The position numbers were made by a program, and so were the translations under genes. The notes under the pieces were generated by a model. The model did not search any database. It was not told the DNA's origin and was given only the letters and a program-made list of their open reading frames with translations. This document shows, piece by piece, positions 50,001 through 64,000 of a DNA stretch of 64,000 nucleotides. This stretch comes from Paragordius varius (lineage: Eukaryota; Animalia; Nematomorpha). The DNA lies in assembly GCA_964247055.1 (NCBI GenBank), contig OZ176055.1, forward strand, positions 5,890,001 through 5,954,000, given 5' to 3'. Every line of letters begins with the position of its first letter. Within the stretch, counting starts at the first letter, position 1.

Positions 50001-53000
50001 ATTGTTGTAAACATTAAAATGTAATTGGGTAATATTATTTGCTTGTTGGGAATATTATTTGATTGTTGAAAATATATGGTTGATTGTTGTAAACATTAAA
50101 ATGTAATTGGGTAATATTATTTGCTTGTTGGGAATATTATTTGATTGTTGAAAATATATGGTTGATTGTTGTAAACATTAAATTGTAATTGTTATTATTT
50201 GATTGTTGGGAATATTATTTGATTGTTGAAAAAATATGGTTGATTGTTGTAAACATTAAAATGTAATTGTTATTATTTGATTGTTGGGAATATTATTTGA
50301 TTGTTGAAAATATATGGTTGATTGTTGTAAACATTAAATTGTAATTGTTATTATTTGATTGTTGGGAATATTATTTGATTGTTGAAAAAATATGGTTGAT
50401 TGTTGTAAACATTAAAATGTAATTGTTATTATTTGCTTGTTGGGAATATTATTTGATTGTTGAAAATATATGGTTGATTGTTGTAAACATTAAATTGTAA
50501 TTGTTATTATTTGATTGTTGGGAATATTATTTGATTGTTGAAAAAATATGGTTGATTGTTGTAAACATTAAAATGTAATTGTTATTATTTGATTGTTGAA
50601 AAAATATGGTTGATTGTTGTAAACATTAAATTGTAATTGTTATTATTTGATTGTTGGGAATATTATTTGATTGTTGAAAAAATATGGTTGATTGTTGTAA
50701 ACATTAAATTGTAATTGTTATTATTTGATTGTTGGGAATATTATTTGATTGTTGAAAAAATATGGTTGATTGTTGTAAACATTAAATTGTAATTGTTATT
50801 ATTTGATATTGTTGGGAATATTATTTGATTGTTGAAAATATATATCGTTAATTACTCTAAACATTAAAATGTAATTGGGTAATATTATTTGATTGTTGGG
50901 AATATTATTTGATTGTTGAAAATATATATCGTTAATTGTTCTAAACATTAAAATGTAATTGGGTAATATTATTTGATTGTTGGGAATATTATTTGATTGT
51001 TGAAAATATATGGTTGATTGTTGTAAACATTAAATTGTAATTGTTATTATTTGATTGTTGGGAATATTATTTGATTGTTGAAAATATATATCGTTAATTG
51101 TTCTAAACATTAAAATGTAATTGGGTAATAATATTTGATTGTTGGGAATATTATTTGATTGTTGAAAAAATATGGTTGATTGTTGTAAACATCAAATTGT
51201 AATTGTTATTATTTGATTGTTGGGAATATTATTTGATTGTTGATAAAATATGGTTGATTGTTGTAAACATTAAAATGTAATTGTTATTATTTGATTGTTG
51301 GGAATATTATTTGATTGTTGAAAAAATATGGTTGATTGTTGTAAACATTAAAATGTAATTGGGTAATATTATTTGCTTGTTGGGAATATTATTTGATTGT
51401 TGAAAATATATGGTTGATTGTTGTAAACATTAAAATGTAAATGTTATTATTTGATTGTTGGGAATATTATTTGATTGTTGAAAAAATATGGTTGATTGTT
51501 GTAAACATTAAAATGTAATTGGGTAATATTATTTGCTTGTTGGGAATATTATTTGATTGTTGAAAATATGGTTGATTGTTGTAAACATTAAATTGTAATT
51601 GTTATTATTTGATTGTTGGGAATATTATTTGATTGTTGAAAAAATATGGTTGATTGTTGTAAACATTAAAATGTAATTGTTATTATTTGATTGTTGGGAA
51701 TATTATTTGATTGTTGAAAAAATATGGTTGATTGTTGTAAACATTAAAATGTAATTGGGTAATATTATTTGCTTGTTGGGAATATTATTTGATTGTTGAA
51801 AATATATGGTTGATTGTTGTAAACATTAAAATGTAATTGGGTAATATTATTTGCTTGTTGGGAATATTATTTGATTGTTGAAAATATATGGTTGATTGTT
51901 GCAAACCTTAAAATATTAATGGGTAATATTATTTGATTGTTGGGAATATTATTTGATTGTTTAAAATATATGGTTGATTGTTGCAAACATTAACATGTAA
52001 TTGGGTAATATTATTTGATTGTTGGGAATATTATTTGATTGTAGAAAATATATGGTTGATTGTTGCAAACATTAAAATATTAATGGGTAATATTATTTGA
52101 TTGTTGAAAATATATGGTTGATTGTTGTAAACATTAAAATGTTATAGGGTAATATTATTTGATTGTTGGGAATTATATTTGATTGTTGAAAATATATGGT
52201 TGATTGTTGCAAACATTAAAATATTAATGGGTAATATTATTTGATTGTTGGAAATATTATTTGATTGTTGAAAATATATGGTTGATTGTTGCAAACATTA
52301 ACATGTAATTGGGTAATATATTGATTGTTGGGAATATTATTTGATTGTAGAAAATATATGGTTGATTGTTGCAAACATTAAAATATTAATGGGTAATATT
52401 ATTTAAATGTTGGGAATATTATTTGATTGTTGAAAATATATGGTTGATTGTTGCAAACCTTAAAATATTAATGGGTAATATTATTTGATTGTTGGGAATA
52501 TTATTTGATTGTTTAAAATATATGGTTGATTGTTGCAAACATTAACATGTAATTGGGTAATATTATTTGATTGTTGGGAATATTATTTGATTGTAGAAAA
52601 TATATGGTTGATTGTTGCAAACCTTAAAATATTAATGGGTAATATTATTTGATTGTTGGGAATATTATTTGATTGTTTAAAATATATGGTTGATTGTTGC
52701 AAACATTAACATGTAATTGGGTAATATTATTTGATTGTTGGGAATATTATTTGATTGTTGAAAATATATGGTTGATTGTTGCAAACATTAAAATGTAATT
52801 GGGTAATATTATTTGAATGTTGGGAATATTATTTGATTGTTGAAAATATATGGTTGATTGTTGTAAACATTAAAATGTTAATGGGTAATATTATTTGATT
52901 GTAGAAAATATATGGTTGATTGTTGCAAACATTAAAATATTAATGGGTAATATTATTTGATTGTTGGAAATATTATTTGATTGTTGAAAATATATGGTTG

Positions 53001-56000
53001 ATTGTTGCAAACATTAACATGTAATTGGGTAATATATTGATTGTTGGGAATATTATTTGATTGTAGAAAATATATGGTTGATTGTTGCAAACCTTAAAAT
53101 ATTAATGGGTAATATTATTTGATTGTTTAAAATATATGGTTGATTGTTGCAAACATTAAAATGTAATTGGGTAATAATATTTTAATGTTGGGAATATTAT
53201 TTGATTGTTGAAAATATATGGTTGATTGTTGCAAACCTTAAAATATTAATGGGTAATATTATTTGATTGTTTAAAATATATGGTTGATTGTTGCAAACAT
53301 TAAAATGTAATTGGGTAATATTATTTGAATGTTGGGAATATTATTTGATTGTTGAAAATATATGGTTGATTGTTGTAAACATTAAAATGTTAATGGGTAA
53401 TATTATTTGATTGTTGAAAATATATGGTTGATTGTTGCAAACATTAACATGTAATTGGGTAATATATTGATTGTTGGGAATATTATTTGATTGTAGAAAA
53501 TATATGGTTGATTGTTGCAAACCTTAAAATATTAATGGGTAATATTATTTGATTGTTTAAAATATATGGTTGATTGTTGCAAACATTAAAATGTAATTGG
53601 GTAATATTATTTGAATGTTGGGAATATTATTTGATTGTTGAAAATATATGGTTGATTGTTGTAAACATTAAAATGTTAATGGGTAATATTATTTGATTGT
53701 AGAAAATATATGGTTGATTGTTGCAAACATTAAAATATTAATGGGTAATATTATTTGATTGTTGGAAATATTATTTGATTGTTGAAAATATATGGTTGAT
53801 TGTTGCAAACATTAACATGTAATTGGGTAATATATTGATTGTTGGGAATATTATTTGATTGTAGAAAATATATGGTTGATTGTTGCAAACATTAAAATAT
53901 TAATGGGTAATATTATTTAAATGTTGGGAATATTATATGATTGTTGGAAATATATGGTTGATTGTTGCAAACATTAAAATGTAATTGGGTAATTTTATTT
54001 GATTGTTGGGAATATTATTTGATTGTTGAAAATATATGGTTGATTGTTGTAAACATTAAAATGTTAATGGGTAATATTATTTGATTGTAGAAAATATATG
54101 GTTGATTGTTGCAAACCTTAAAATATTAATGGGTAATATTATTTAAATGTTGGGAATATTATTTGATTGTTGAAAATATATGGTTGATTGTTGCAAACCT
54201 TAAAATATTAATGGGTAATATTATTTGATTGTTGGGAATATTATTTGATTGTTTAAAATATATGGTTGATTGTTGCAAACATTAAAATGTAATTGGGTAA
54301 TAATATTTTAATGTTGGGAATATTATTTGATTGTTGAAAATATATGGTTGATTGTTGTAAACATTAAAATGTTAATGGGTAATATTATTTGATTGTAGAA
54401 AATATATGGTTGATTGTTGCAAACATTAAAATATTAATGGGTAATATTATTTGATTGTTGGAAATATTATTTGATTGTTGAAAATATATGGTTGATTGTT
54501 GCAAACATTAACATGTAATTGGGTAATATATTGATTGTTGGGAATATTATTTGATTGTAGAAAATATATGGTTGATTGTTGCAAACATTAAAATATTAAT
54601 GGGTAATATTATTTAAATGTTGGGAATATTATATGATTGTTGGAAATATATGGTTGATTGTTGCAAACATTAAAATGTAATTGGGTAATTTTATTTGATT
54701 GTTGGGAATATTATTTGATTGTTGAAAATATATGGTTGATTGTTGTAAACATTAAAATGTTAATGGGTAATATTATTTGATTGTAGAAAATATATGGTTG
54801 ATTGTTGCAAACCTTAAAATATTAATGGGTAATATTATTTAAATGTTGGGAATATTATTTGATTGTTGAAAATATATGGTTGATTGTTGCAAACCTTAAA
54901 ATATTAATGGGTAATATTATTTGATTGTTGGGAATATTATTTGATTGTTTAAAATATATGGTTGATTGTTGCAAACATTAAAATGTAATTGGGTAATAAT
55001 ATTTTAATGTTGGGAATATTATTTGATTGTTGAAAATATATGGTTGATTGTTGTAAACATTAAAATGTTAATGGGTAATATTATTTGATTGTAGAAAATA
55101 TATGGTTGATTGTTGCAAACATTAAAATATTAATGGGTAATATTATTTGATTGTTGGAAATATTATTTGATTGTTGAAAATATATGGTTGATTGTTGCAA
55201 ACATTAAAATATTAATGGGTAATATTATTTGATTGTTGGGAATATTATATGATTGTTGAAAATATATGGTTGATTGTTGCAAACATTAAAATATTAATGG
55301 GTAATATTATTTGATTGTTGGAAATATTATTTGATTGTTGAAAATATATGGTTGATTGTTGCAAACATTAAAATATTAATGGGTAATATTATTTGATTGT
55401 TGGGAATATTATTTGATTGTAGAAAATATATGGTTGATTGTTGCAAACATTAAAATATTAATGGGTAATATTATTTGATTGTTGGAAATATTATTTGATT
55501 GTAGAAAATATATGGTTGATTGTTGCAAACATTAAAATATTAATGGGTAATATTATTTGATTGTTGGAAATATTATTTGATTGTTGAAAATATATGGTTG
55601 ATTATTGTAAACATTAAAATGTAATTGGGTAATAATATTTTAATGTTGGGAATATTATTTGATTGTTGAAAATATATGGTTGATTGTTGTAAACATTAAA
55701 ATATTAATGGGTAATATTATTTGATTGTTGGAAATATTATTTGTTTGTTGAAAATATATGGTTGATTGTTGAAAATATTAAAATGTAATTGGGTAATATT
55801 ATTTGATTGTTGGAAATATTATTTGATTGTTGAAAATATATGGTTGATTATTGTAAACATTAAAATGTAATTGGGTAATAATATTTTAATGTTGGGAATA
55901 TTATTTGATTGTTGAAAATATATGGTTGATTGTTGTAAACATTAAAATGTTAATGGGTAATATTATTTGATTGTAGAAAATATATGGTTGATTGTTGCAA

Positions 56001-59000
56001 ACATTAAAATATTAATGGGTAATATTATTTGATTGTTGGAAATATTATTTGATTGTTGAAAATATATGGTTGATTGTTGCAAACATTAAAATGTTAATGG
56101 GTAATATTATTTGATTGTAGAAAATATATGGTTGATTGTTGCAAACATTAAAATATTAATGGGTAATATTATTTGATTGTTGGAAATATTATTTGATTGT
56201 TGAAAATATATGGTTGATTGTTGCAAACATTAACATGTAATTGGGTAATATATTGATTGTTGGGAATATTATTTGATTGTAGAAAATATATGGTTGATTG
56301 TTGCAAACATTAAAATATTAATGGGTAATATTATTTGATTGTTGGAAATATTATTTGATTGTAGAAAATATATGGTTGATTGTTGCAAACATTAAAATAT
56401 TAATGGGTAATATTATTTGATTGTTGGAAATATTATTTGATTGTTGAAAATATATGGTTGATTATTGCAAACCTTAAAATATTAATGGGTAATATTATTT
56501 GATTGTTGGGAATATTATTTGATTGTTGAAAATATATGGTTGATTATTGTAAACATTAAAATGTAATTGGGTAATAATATTTTAATGTTGGGAATATTAT
56601 TTGATTGTTGAAAATATATGGTTGATTGTTGTAAACATTAAAATGTTAATGGGTAATATTATTTGATTGTAGAAAATATATGGTTGATTGTTGCAAACCT
56701 TAAAATATTAATGGGTAATATTATTTGATTGTTGGAAATATTATTTGATTGTTGAAAATATATGGTTGATTGTTGCAAACCTTAAAATATTAATGGGTAA
56801 TATTATTTGATTGTTGGGAATATTATTTGATTGTTTAAAATATATGGTTGATTGTTGCAAACATTAAAATGTAATTGGGTAATAATATTTTAATGTTGGG
56901 AATATTATTTGATTGTTGAAAATATATGGTTGATTGTTGTAAACATTAAAATGTTAATGGGTAATATTATTTGATTGTTGGAAATATTATTTGATTGTAG
57001 AAAATATATGGTTGATTGTTGTAAACATTAAAATGTTAATGGGTAATATTATTTGATTGTAGAAAATATATGGTTGATTGTTGCAAACCTTAAAATATTA
57101 ATGGGTAATATTATTTGATTGTTGGGAATATTATTTGATTGTTTAAAATATATGGTTGATTGTTGCAAACATTAAAATGTAATTGGGTAATAATATTTTA
57201 ATGTTGGGAATATTATTTGATTGTTGAAAATATATGGTTGATTGTTGTAAACATTAAAATGTTAATGGGTAATATTATTTGATTGTAGAAAATATATGGT
57301 TGATTGTTGCAAACATTAAAATATTAATGGGTAATATTATTTGATTGTTGGAAATATTATTTGATTGTTGAAAATATATGGTTGATTGTTGCAAACATTA
57401 AAATGTAATTGGGTAATATTATTTGAATGTTGGGAATATTATTTGATTGTTGAACATATATGGTTGATTGTTGCAAACATTAAAATGTAATTGGGTAATA
57501 ATATTTTAATGTTGGGAATATTATTTGATTGTTGAAAATATATGGTTGATTGTTGTAAACATTAAAATGTTAATGGGTAATATTATTTGATTGTAGAAAA
57601 TATATGGTTGATTGTTGCAAACATTAAAATGTAATTGGGTAATAATATTTTAATGTTGGGAATATTATTTGATTGTTGAAAATATATGGTTGATTGTTGT
57701 AAACATTAAAATGTTAATGGGTAATATTATTTGATTGTAGAAAATATATGGTTGATTGTTGCAAACATTAAAATATTAATGGGTAATATTATTTGATTGT
57801 TGGAAATATTATTTGATTGTTGAAAATATATGGTTGATTGTTGCAAACATTAAAATGTAATTGGGTAATATTATTTGATTGTTGGAAATATTATTTGATT
57901 GTTGAAAATATATGGTTGATTGTTGTAAACATTAAAATGTTAATGGGTAATATTATTTGATTGTAGAAAATATATGGTTGATTGTTGCAAACATTAAAAT
58001 ATTAATGGGTAATATTATTTGATTGTTGGAAATATTATTTGATTGTTGAAAATATATGGTTGATTGTTGCAAACATTAAAATGTAATTGGGTAATATTAT
58101 TTGATTGTTGGAAATATTATTTGATTGTTGAACATATATGGTTGATTGTTGCAAACATTAAAATGTAATTGGGTAATAATATTTTAATGTTGGGAATATT
58201 ATTTGATTGTTGAAAATATATGGTTGATTGTTGCAAACATTAACATGTAATTGGGTAATATTATTTGATTGTTGGGAATATTATTTGATTGTTGAAAATA
58301 TATGGTTGATTGTTGCAAACATTAACATGTAATTGGGTAATATTATTTGATTGTTGGGAATATTATTTGATTGTTGAAAATATATGGTTGATTGTTGCAA
58401 ACATTAACATGTAATTGGGTAATATATTGATTGTTGGGAATATTATTTGATTGTTGAAAATATATGGTTGATTGTTGCAAACATTAACATGTAATTGGGT
58501 AATATATTGATTGTTGGGAATATTATTTGATTGTTGAAAATATATGGTTGATTGTTGCAAACCTTAAAATATTAATGGGTAATATTATTTAAATGTTGGG
58601 AATATTATTTGATTGTTGAAAATATATGGTTGATTGTTGCAAACCTTAAAATATTAATGGGTAATATTATTTGATTGTTGGGAATATTAGTTGATTGTTG
58701 AAAATATATGGTTGATTGTTGCAAACATTAACATGTAATTGGGTAATATATTGATTGTAGGGAATATTATTTGATTGTTGAAAATATATGGTTGATTGTT
58801 GCAAACATTAACATGTAATTGGGTAATATTATTTGATTGTTGGGAATATTATTTGATTGTTGAAAATATATGGTTGATTGTTGCAAACATTAACATGTAA
58901 TTGGGTAATATTATTTGATTGTTGGAAATATTATTTGATTGTTGAAAATATATGGTTGATTGTTGTAAACATTAAAATGTAATTGGGTAATATTATTTGA

Positions 59001-62000
59001 TTGTTGGAAATATTATTTGATTGTTGAAAATATATGGTTGATTGTTTCAAACATTAAAATATTAATGGATAATATTATTTGATTGTTGGGAATATTATTT
59101 GATTGTTGAAAATATATGGTTGATTGTTTCAAACATTAAAATATTAATGGATAATATTATTTGATTGTTGGGAATATTATTTGATTGTTGAAAATATATG
59201 GTTGATTGTTTCAAACATTAAAATATTAATGGATAATATTATTTGATTGTTGGAAATATTATTTGATTGTTGAAAATATATGGTTGATTGTTGCAAACTT
59301 TAAAATGTAATTGGGTAATATAATTTGATTGTTGGAAATATTATTTGATTGTTGAAAATATATGGTTGATTGTTGCAAACATTAAAATGTAATTGGGTAA
59401 TATTATTTGATTGTTGGAAATATTATTTGATTGTTGAAAATATATGGTTGATTGTTTCAAACATTAAAATATTAATGGATAATATTATTTGATTGTTGGG
59501 AATATTATTTGATTGTTGAAAATATATGGTTGATTGTTTCAAACATTAAAATATTAATGGATAATATTATTTGATTGTTGGAAATATTATTTGATTGTTG
59601 AAAATATATGGTTGATTGTTGCAAACATTAAAATATTAATGGGTATTATTTTTTAATTGTTGGGAATATTATTTGATTGTTGATAATATATGGTTGATTG
59701 TTGCAAACATTAAAATATTAATGGGTATTATTTTTTAATTGTTGGGAATATTATTTGATTGTTGAAAATATATGGTTGATTGTTGTAAACATTAAAATAT
59801 TAATGGGTATTATTTTTTAATTGTTGGGAATATTATTTGATTGTTGAAAATATATGGTTGATTGTTGTAAACATTAAAATGTAATTGGGTAATATTATTT
59901 GATTGTTGGAAATATTATTTGATTGTTGAAAATATATGGTTGATTGTTGCAAACATTAAAATGTAATTGGGTAATATTATTTGATTGTTGGAAATATTAT
60001 TTGATTGTTGAAAATATATGGTTGATTGTTGCAAACATTAAAATATTAATGGATAATATTATTTGATTGTTGGAAATATTATTTGATTGTTGAAAATATA
60101 TGGATGATTGTTGCAAACATTAAAATATTAATGGATAATATTATTTGATTGTTGGAATATTATTTGATTGTTGAAAATATATGGTTGATTGTTGCAAACA
60201 TTAAAATGTAATTGGATAATATTATTTGATTGTTGGAATATTATTTGATTGTTGAAAATATATGGTTGATTGTTGCAAACATTAAAATGTAATTGGATAA
60301 TATTATTTGATTGTTGGAAATATTATTTGATTGTTGAAAATATATGGTTGATTGTTGCAAACATTAAAATATTAATGGATAATATTATTTGATTGTTGGA
60401 ATATTATTTGATTGTTGAAAATATATGGTTGATTGTTGCAAACATTAAAATGTAATTGGATAATATTATTTGATTGTTGGAATATTATTTGATTGTTGAA
60501 AATATATGGTTGATTGTTGCAAACATTAAAATATTAATGGATAATATTATTTGATTGTTGGAATATTATTTGATTGTTGAAAATATATGGTTGATTGTTG
60601 CAAACATTAAAATATTAATGGATGATATTATTTGATTGTTGGGAATATTAATTGATTGTTGAAAATATATGGTTGATTGTTGCAAACATTAAAATGTAAT
60701 TGTAATTATTTGATTGTTGGGAATATTATTTGATTGTTGAAAATATATGGTTGATTGTTGTAAACATTAAAAAAATGGATAATATTATTTGATTGTTGGA
60801 AATATTATTTGATTGTTGAAAATATATGGTTGATTGTTGCAAACATTAAAATATTAATGGATAATATTATTTGATTGTTGGGAATATTATTTGATTGTTG
60901 AAAATATATGGTTGATTGTTGTAAACATTAAAATGTAATTGGGTAATATTATTTGATTGTTGGAAATATTATTTGATTGTTGAAAATATATGGTTGATTG
61001 TTGCAAACATTAAAATATTAATGGATGATATTATTTGATTGTTGGGAATATTAATTGATTGTTGAAAATATATGGTTGATTGTTGCAAACATTAAAATGT
61101 AATTGTAATTATTTGATTGTTGGGAATATTATTTGATTGTTGAAAATATATGGTTGATTGTTGTAAACATTAAAAAAATGGATAATATTATTTGATTGTT
61201 GGAAATATTATTTGATTGTTGAAAATATATGGTTGATTGTTGCAAACATTAAAATATTAATGGATAATATTATTTGATTGTTGGGAATATTATTTGATTG
61301 TTGAAAATATATGGTTGATTGTTGTAAACATTAAAATGTAATTGGGTAATATTATTTGATTGTTGGAAATATTATTTGATTGTTGAAAATATATGGTTGA
61401 TTGTTGCAAACATTAAAATATTAATGGATAATATTATTTGATTGTTGGGAATATTAATTGATTGTTGAAAATATATGGTTGATTGTTGCAAACATTAAAA
61501 TATTAATGGGTAATATTATTTGATTGTTGGGAATATTATTTGATTGTTGAAAATATATGGTTGATTGTTGTAAACATTAAAATATTAATGGATAATATTA
61601 TTTGATTGTTGGAAATATTATTTGATTGTTGAAAATATATGGTTGATTGTTGTAAACATTAAAATATTAATGGATAATATTATTTGATTGTTGGAAATAT
61701 TATTTGATTGTTGAAAATATATGGTTGATTGTTGCAAACATTAAAATATTAATGGATAATATTATTTGATTGTTGGGAATATTATTTGATTGTTGAAAAT
61801 ATATGGTTGATTGTTGTAAACATTAAAATGTTAATGGGTAATATTATTTGATTGTTGGAATATTATTTGATTGTTGAAAATATATGGTTGATTGTTGCAA
61901 ACATTAAAATATTAATGGATAATATTATTTGATTGTTGGGAATATTATTTGATTGTTGAAAATATATGGTTGATTGTTGTAAACATTAAAATGTAATTGG

Positions 62001-64000
62001 GTAATATTATTTGATTGTTGGAAATATTATTTGATTGTTGAAAATATATGGTTGATTGTTGCAAACATTAAAATATTAATGGATAATATTATTTGATTGT
62101 TGGGAATATTATTTGATTGTTGAAAATATATGGTTGATTGTTGTAAACATTAAAATGTAATTGGGTAATATTATTTGATTGTTGGAAATATTATTTGATT
62201 GTTGAAAATATATGGTTGATTGTTGCAAACATTAAAATATTAATGGATAATATTATTTGATTGTTGGGAATATTATTTGATTGTTGAAAATATATGGTTG
62301 ATTGTTGTAAACATTAAAATGTAATTGGATAATATTATTTGATTGTTGGAAATATTATTTGATTGTTGAAAATATATGGTTGATTGTTGCAAACATTAAA
62401 ATATTAATGGATAATATTATTTGATTGTTGGAATATTAATTGATTGTTGAAAATATATGGTTGATTGTTGCAAACATTAAAATGTAATTGTAATTATTTG
62501 ATTGTTGGGAATATTATTTGATTGTTGAAAATATATGGTTGATTGTTGTAAACATTAAAATATTAATGGATAATATTATTTGATTGTTGGAAATATTATT
62601 TGATTGTTGAAAATATATGGTTGATTGTTGCAAACATTAAAATATTAATGGATAATATTATTTGATTGTTGGGAATATTATTTGATTGTTGAAAATATAT
62701 GGTTGATTGTTGTAAACATTAAAATGTAATTGGGTAATATTATTTGATTGTTGGAAATATTATTTGATTGTTGAAAATATATGGTTGATTGTTGCAAACA
62801 TTAAAATATTAATGGATAATATTATTTGATTGTTGGAATATTATTTGATTGTTGAAAATATATGGTTGATTGTTGCAAACATTAAAATATTAATGGATGA
62901 TATTATTTGATTGTTGGGAATATTAATTGATTGTTGAAAATATATGGTTGATTGTTGCAAACATTAAAATGTAATTGTAATTATTTGAGTGTTGGGAATA
63001 TTATTTGATTGTTGAAAATATATGGTTGATTGTTGTAAACATTAAAATATTAATGGATAATATTATTTAATTGTTGGAAATATTATTTGATTGTTGAAAA
63101 TATATGGTTGATTGTTGCAAACATTAAAATATTAATGGATAATATTATTTGATTGTTGGGAATATTATTTGATTGTTGAAAATATATGGTTGATTGTTGT
63201 AAACATTAAAATGTAATTGGGTAATATTATTTGATTGTTGGAAATATTATTTGATTGTTGAAAATATATGGTTGATTGTTGCAAACATTAAAATATTAAT
63301 GGGTAATATTATTTGATTGTTGGGAATATTATTTGATTGTTGAAAATATATGGTTGATTGTTGTAAACATTAAAATATTAATGGATAATATTATTTGATT
63401 GTTGGGAATATTAATTGATTGTTGAAAATATATGGTTGATTGTTGCAAACATTAAAATGTAATTGTAATTATTTGATTGTTGGGAATATTATTTGATTGT
63501 TGAAAATATATGGTTGATTGTTGTAAACATTAAAATATTAATGGATAATATTATTTGATTGTTGGAAATATTATTTGATTGTTGAAAATATATGGTTGAT
63601 TGTTGTAAACATTAAAATATTAATGGATAATATTATTTGATTGTTGGGAATATTAATTGATTGTTGAAAATATATGGTTGATTGTTGCAAACATTAAAAT
63701 GTAATTGTAATTATTTGATTGTTGGGAATATTATTTGATTGTTGAAAATATATGGTTGATTGTTGTAAACATTAAAATATTAATGGATAATATTATTTGA
63801 TTGTTGGAAATATTATTTGATTGTTGAAAATATATCGTTGATTGTTGCAAACATTAAAATATTAATGGATAATATTATTTGATTGTTGGGAATATTATTT
63901 GATTGTTGAAAATATATGGTTGATTGTTGTAAACATTAAAATGTAATTGGGTAATATTATTTGATTGTTGGAAATATTATTTGATTGTTGAAAATATATG
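20058..64000. repeat. 82-bp AT-rich satellite DNA array, head-to-tail, ~44 kb (roughly 535 monomers), running past the right edge
   Basis: Consensus GATTGTTGAAAATATATGGTT GATTGTTGCAAACATTAAAAT GTAATTGGGTAATATTATTT GATTGTTGGGAATATTATTT (21+21+20+20 = 82). Period checked directly (e.g. TGGTTG at 32921 and 33003). No inversion or non-satellite insertion was seen. Confidence 0.98.
40906..50344. repeat. 4,718-bp tandem segmental duplication within the satellite
   Basis: Rare markers recur at exactly +4718: GGCTATAATT 40911/45629, TTGGTGGG 41173/45891, TGAGAA 43281/47999, and the breakpoint TTGTAA 45626/50344. Confidence 0.9.

Noticed and set aside
28140-58560. ORF-track peptides MQQSTIYFQQSNN... 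and MLQSLKCNW...
   Set aside because: These are chance open frames through the 82-bp satellite, which is not a multiple of 3; identical peptides reflect local duplications.
20058-64000. Array as a CRISPR locus
   Set aside because: There are no unique spacers: the segments between GATTGTTG motifs are themselves repeats. No cas genes, and the context is eukaryotic.
20058-64000. Telomeric repeat
   Set aside because: The G/T strand bias is telomere-like, but there is no short canonical unit such as TTAGG or TTAGGG; the unit is 82 bp and heterogeneous.

Overview
Eukaryotic, very AT-rich genomic DNA; the intron-exon genes point to a divergent invertebrate animal (inferred). There is no CRISPR array, rRNA or tRNA. 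The first ~20 kb holds three minus-strand spliced genes, all reconstructed by hand with GT-AG boundaries and consistent phases. They are VAC14 (first 7 exons, continuing past the left edge), YME1L/i-AAA protease (16 exons, ~729 aa) and a PFDN2 (prefoldin 2) gene missing from the ORF track. PFDN2 is nested on the same strand inside the 4.4-kb last intron of YME1L. Four introns are only 19/22, 21, 22 and 24 nt, while all other introns are at least 64 nt, suggesting a separate micro-intron class. Intergenic and intronic DNA is a patchwork of non-autonomous DNA transposons, including a TTAA-flanked piggyBac-like MITE family that nests into itself and into an older foldback element. From ~20,058 to the end (~44 kb) is one uninterrupted 82-bp satellite array built from four ~20-bp subunits. 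It has variant domains, local higher-order repeats and an apparently exact 4,718-bp tandem duplication.
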